From: an uncultured Clostridia bacterium
GTDB taxonomy: Bacteria > Bacillota > Clostridia > Oscillospirales > CAG-272
DNA: 44,940 bases
Direction: 5' to 3'
NCBI GenBank assembly: GCA_937893945.1
Contig: CALCTA010000107.1
Span: 1-44,940 of the forward strand
Part shown: one piece after another, positions 44,392 to 44,940 of the stretch
How the letters are laid out: every line of letters begins with the position of its first letter
Position numbering within the stretch: the first letter of the stretch is position 1
The notes under the pieces: generated by a model
The model's input: only the letters and a program-made list of their open reading frames with translations
Told to the model about the DNA's origin: nothing
Database searches by the model: none
Position numbers and translations under genes: made by a program

Positions 44392-44940
44392 ATGACGGAT
44401 AAAGATTATACCTGTGAGGATTGGGGCAGTGAGACCGAGTGGACTCAGATAAAGGTCAAGGTAAGTCTTGATGCCCTTGACGATACTATTGCCGTTATGA
44501 ATATGGTATCAAATTATCTTCAGATAGAGGATTACAGCGACATAGACCTCAAGACCTGCTATGGCGATCTTATTGACGAGGCAATACTTAATGCCGATAA
44601 AACAGTTGCGTACGTTTCGGTATATCAGTCGGCAGACGGCGGAGTGGCAGACACTCTCGTTTTTCTGCGCGAGCGATTTGCCACGCTTGGTATCAAAGCT
44701 GAGATAAGTGTAAGCGGTGTAAACGAAGAGGACTGGGCTAACTCATGGAAGGCGTACTATAAGCCGATAAAGATAGGAGAAAGAATAGTCATCGTGCCCG
44801 CTTGGGAGAAGTATAACGCTTCGCCCGACGAGATAGTCGTAAGAATGGATCCCGGAATGGCGTTCGGCACGGGAACTCACGAGACCACAAGACTTGTCAT
44901 AAAGCTTCTTGAAAAATACGTAAAGGACGGAGCTCGAGTT
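44392..44940 (+). CDS. prmA: Ribosomal protein L11 methyltransferase, 3'-truncated by the window edge
   Basis: Translated by hand from the ATG at 44392: ...EEDWANSWKAYYKPIKIGERIVIVPAWE...DPGMAFGTGTHETTRL. The frame is open to the end of the window. It is absent from the ORF track because there is no stop codon. Confidence 0.88.
   Translation, partial: MTDKDYTCEDWGSETEWTQIKVKVSLDALDDTIAVMNMVSNYLQIEDYSDIDLKTCYGDLIDEAILNADKTVAYVSVYQSADGGVADTLVFLRERFATLGIKAEISVSGVNEEDWANSWKAYYKPIKIGERIVIVPAWEKYNASPDEIVVRMDPGMAFGTGTHETTRLVIKLLEKYVKDGARV

Overview
This is a chromosomal segment from a medium-GC Firmicute. The gene order looks Clostridia-like, but the taxon is inference only. I call about 41 CDS, and most sit in recognisable housekeeping operons. 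Plus strand: pgsA, a clpE-type AAA+ gene and a P-type-ATPase-like gene; rpsB-tsf; nusB, a tsaD-like gene, xseA, xseB, ispA, DUF212, tlyA, nadK, argR and recN; argS; yebC and a flippase; rplS; ispE; and CIRCE-controlled hrcA-grpE-dnaK-dnaJ-prmA. Minus strand: a GH43 lipoprotein; a CNNM/CorC-type gene and an AI-2E transporter; a small membrane protein, an SGNH protein and a lipoprotein; and htpG, a truncated PDT/ACT protein and a TSCPD protein. I saw no rRNA, tRNA, CRISPR array, transposase, integrase, phage or recognisable defence genes. Many intergenic regions carry near-perfect TTGACA/TTGAAA-N17-TATAAT promoters and clean hairpin terminators.

The best candidate for an undescribed system is a tightly coupled six-gene operon at 33.4-39.4 kb, between ispE and hrcA. 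It encodes a membrane-anchored Ig-like/transglutaminase-like protein, a DltA-like adenylating enzyme, a DltC-like carrier protein, an AlgI-length MBOAT, an SGNH-like protein whose block-I motif reads GDC instead of GDS, and a small lipoprotein. It resembles Dlt but is not a canonical dlt operon.

Other points worth a second look:
- A P-type ATPase homologue in which TGES, DKTGT, TGD and GDGVND are all degenerate, placed directly after the clpE-type gene.
- A truncated prephenate-dehydratase/ACT protein (TRF changed to IRY) in the htpG operon.
- A terminator hairpin whose 3' arm is the Shine-Dalgarno of the next gene.
- An unassigned leader of about 230 nt upstream of the CNNM gene.
- A divergent TsaD/Kae1 paralogue inside the nusB-xseA operon.

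All family assignments come from reading motifs in the supplied translations. No database search was run.
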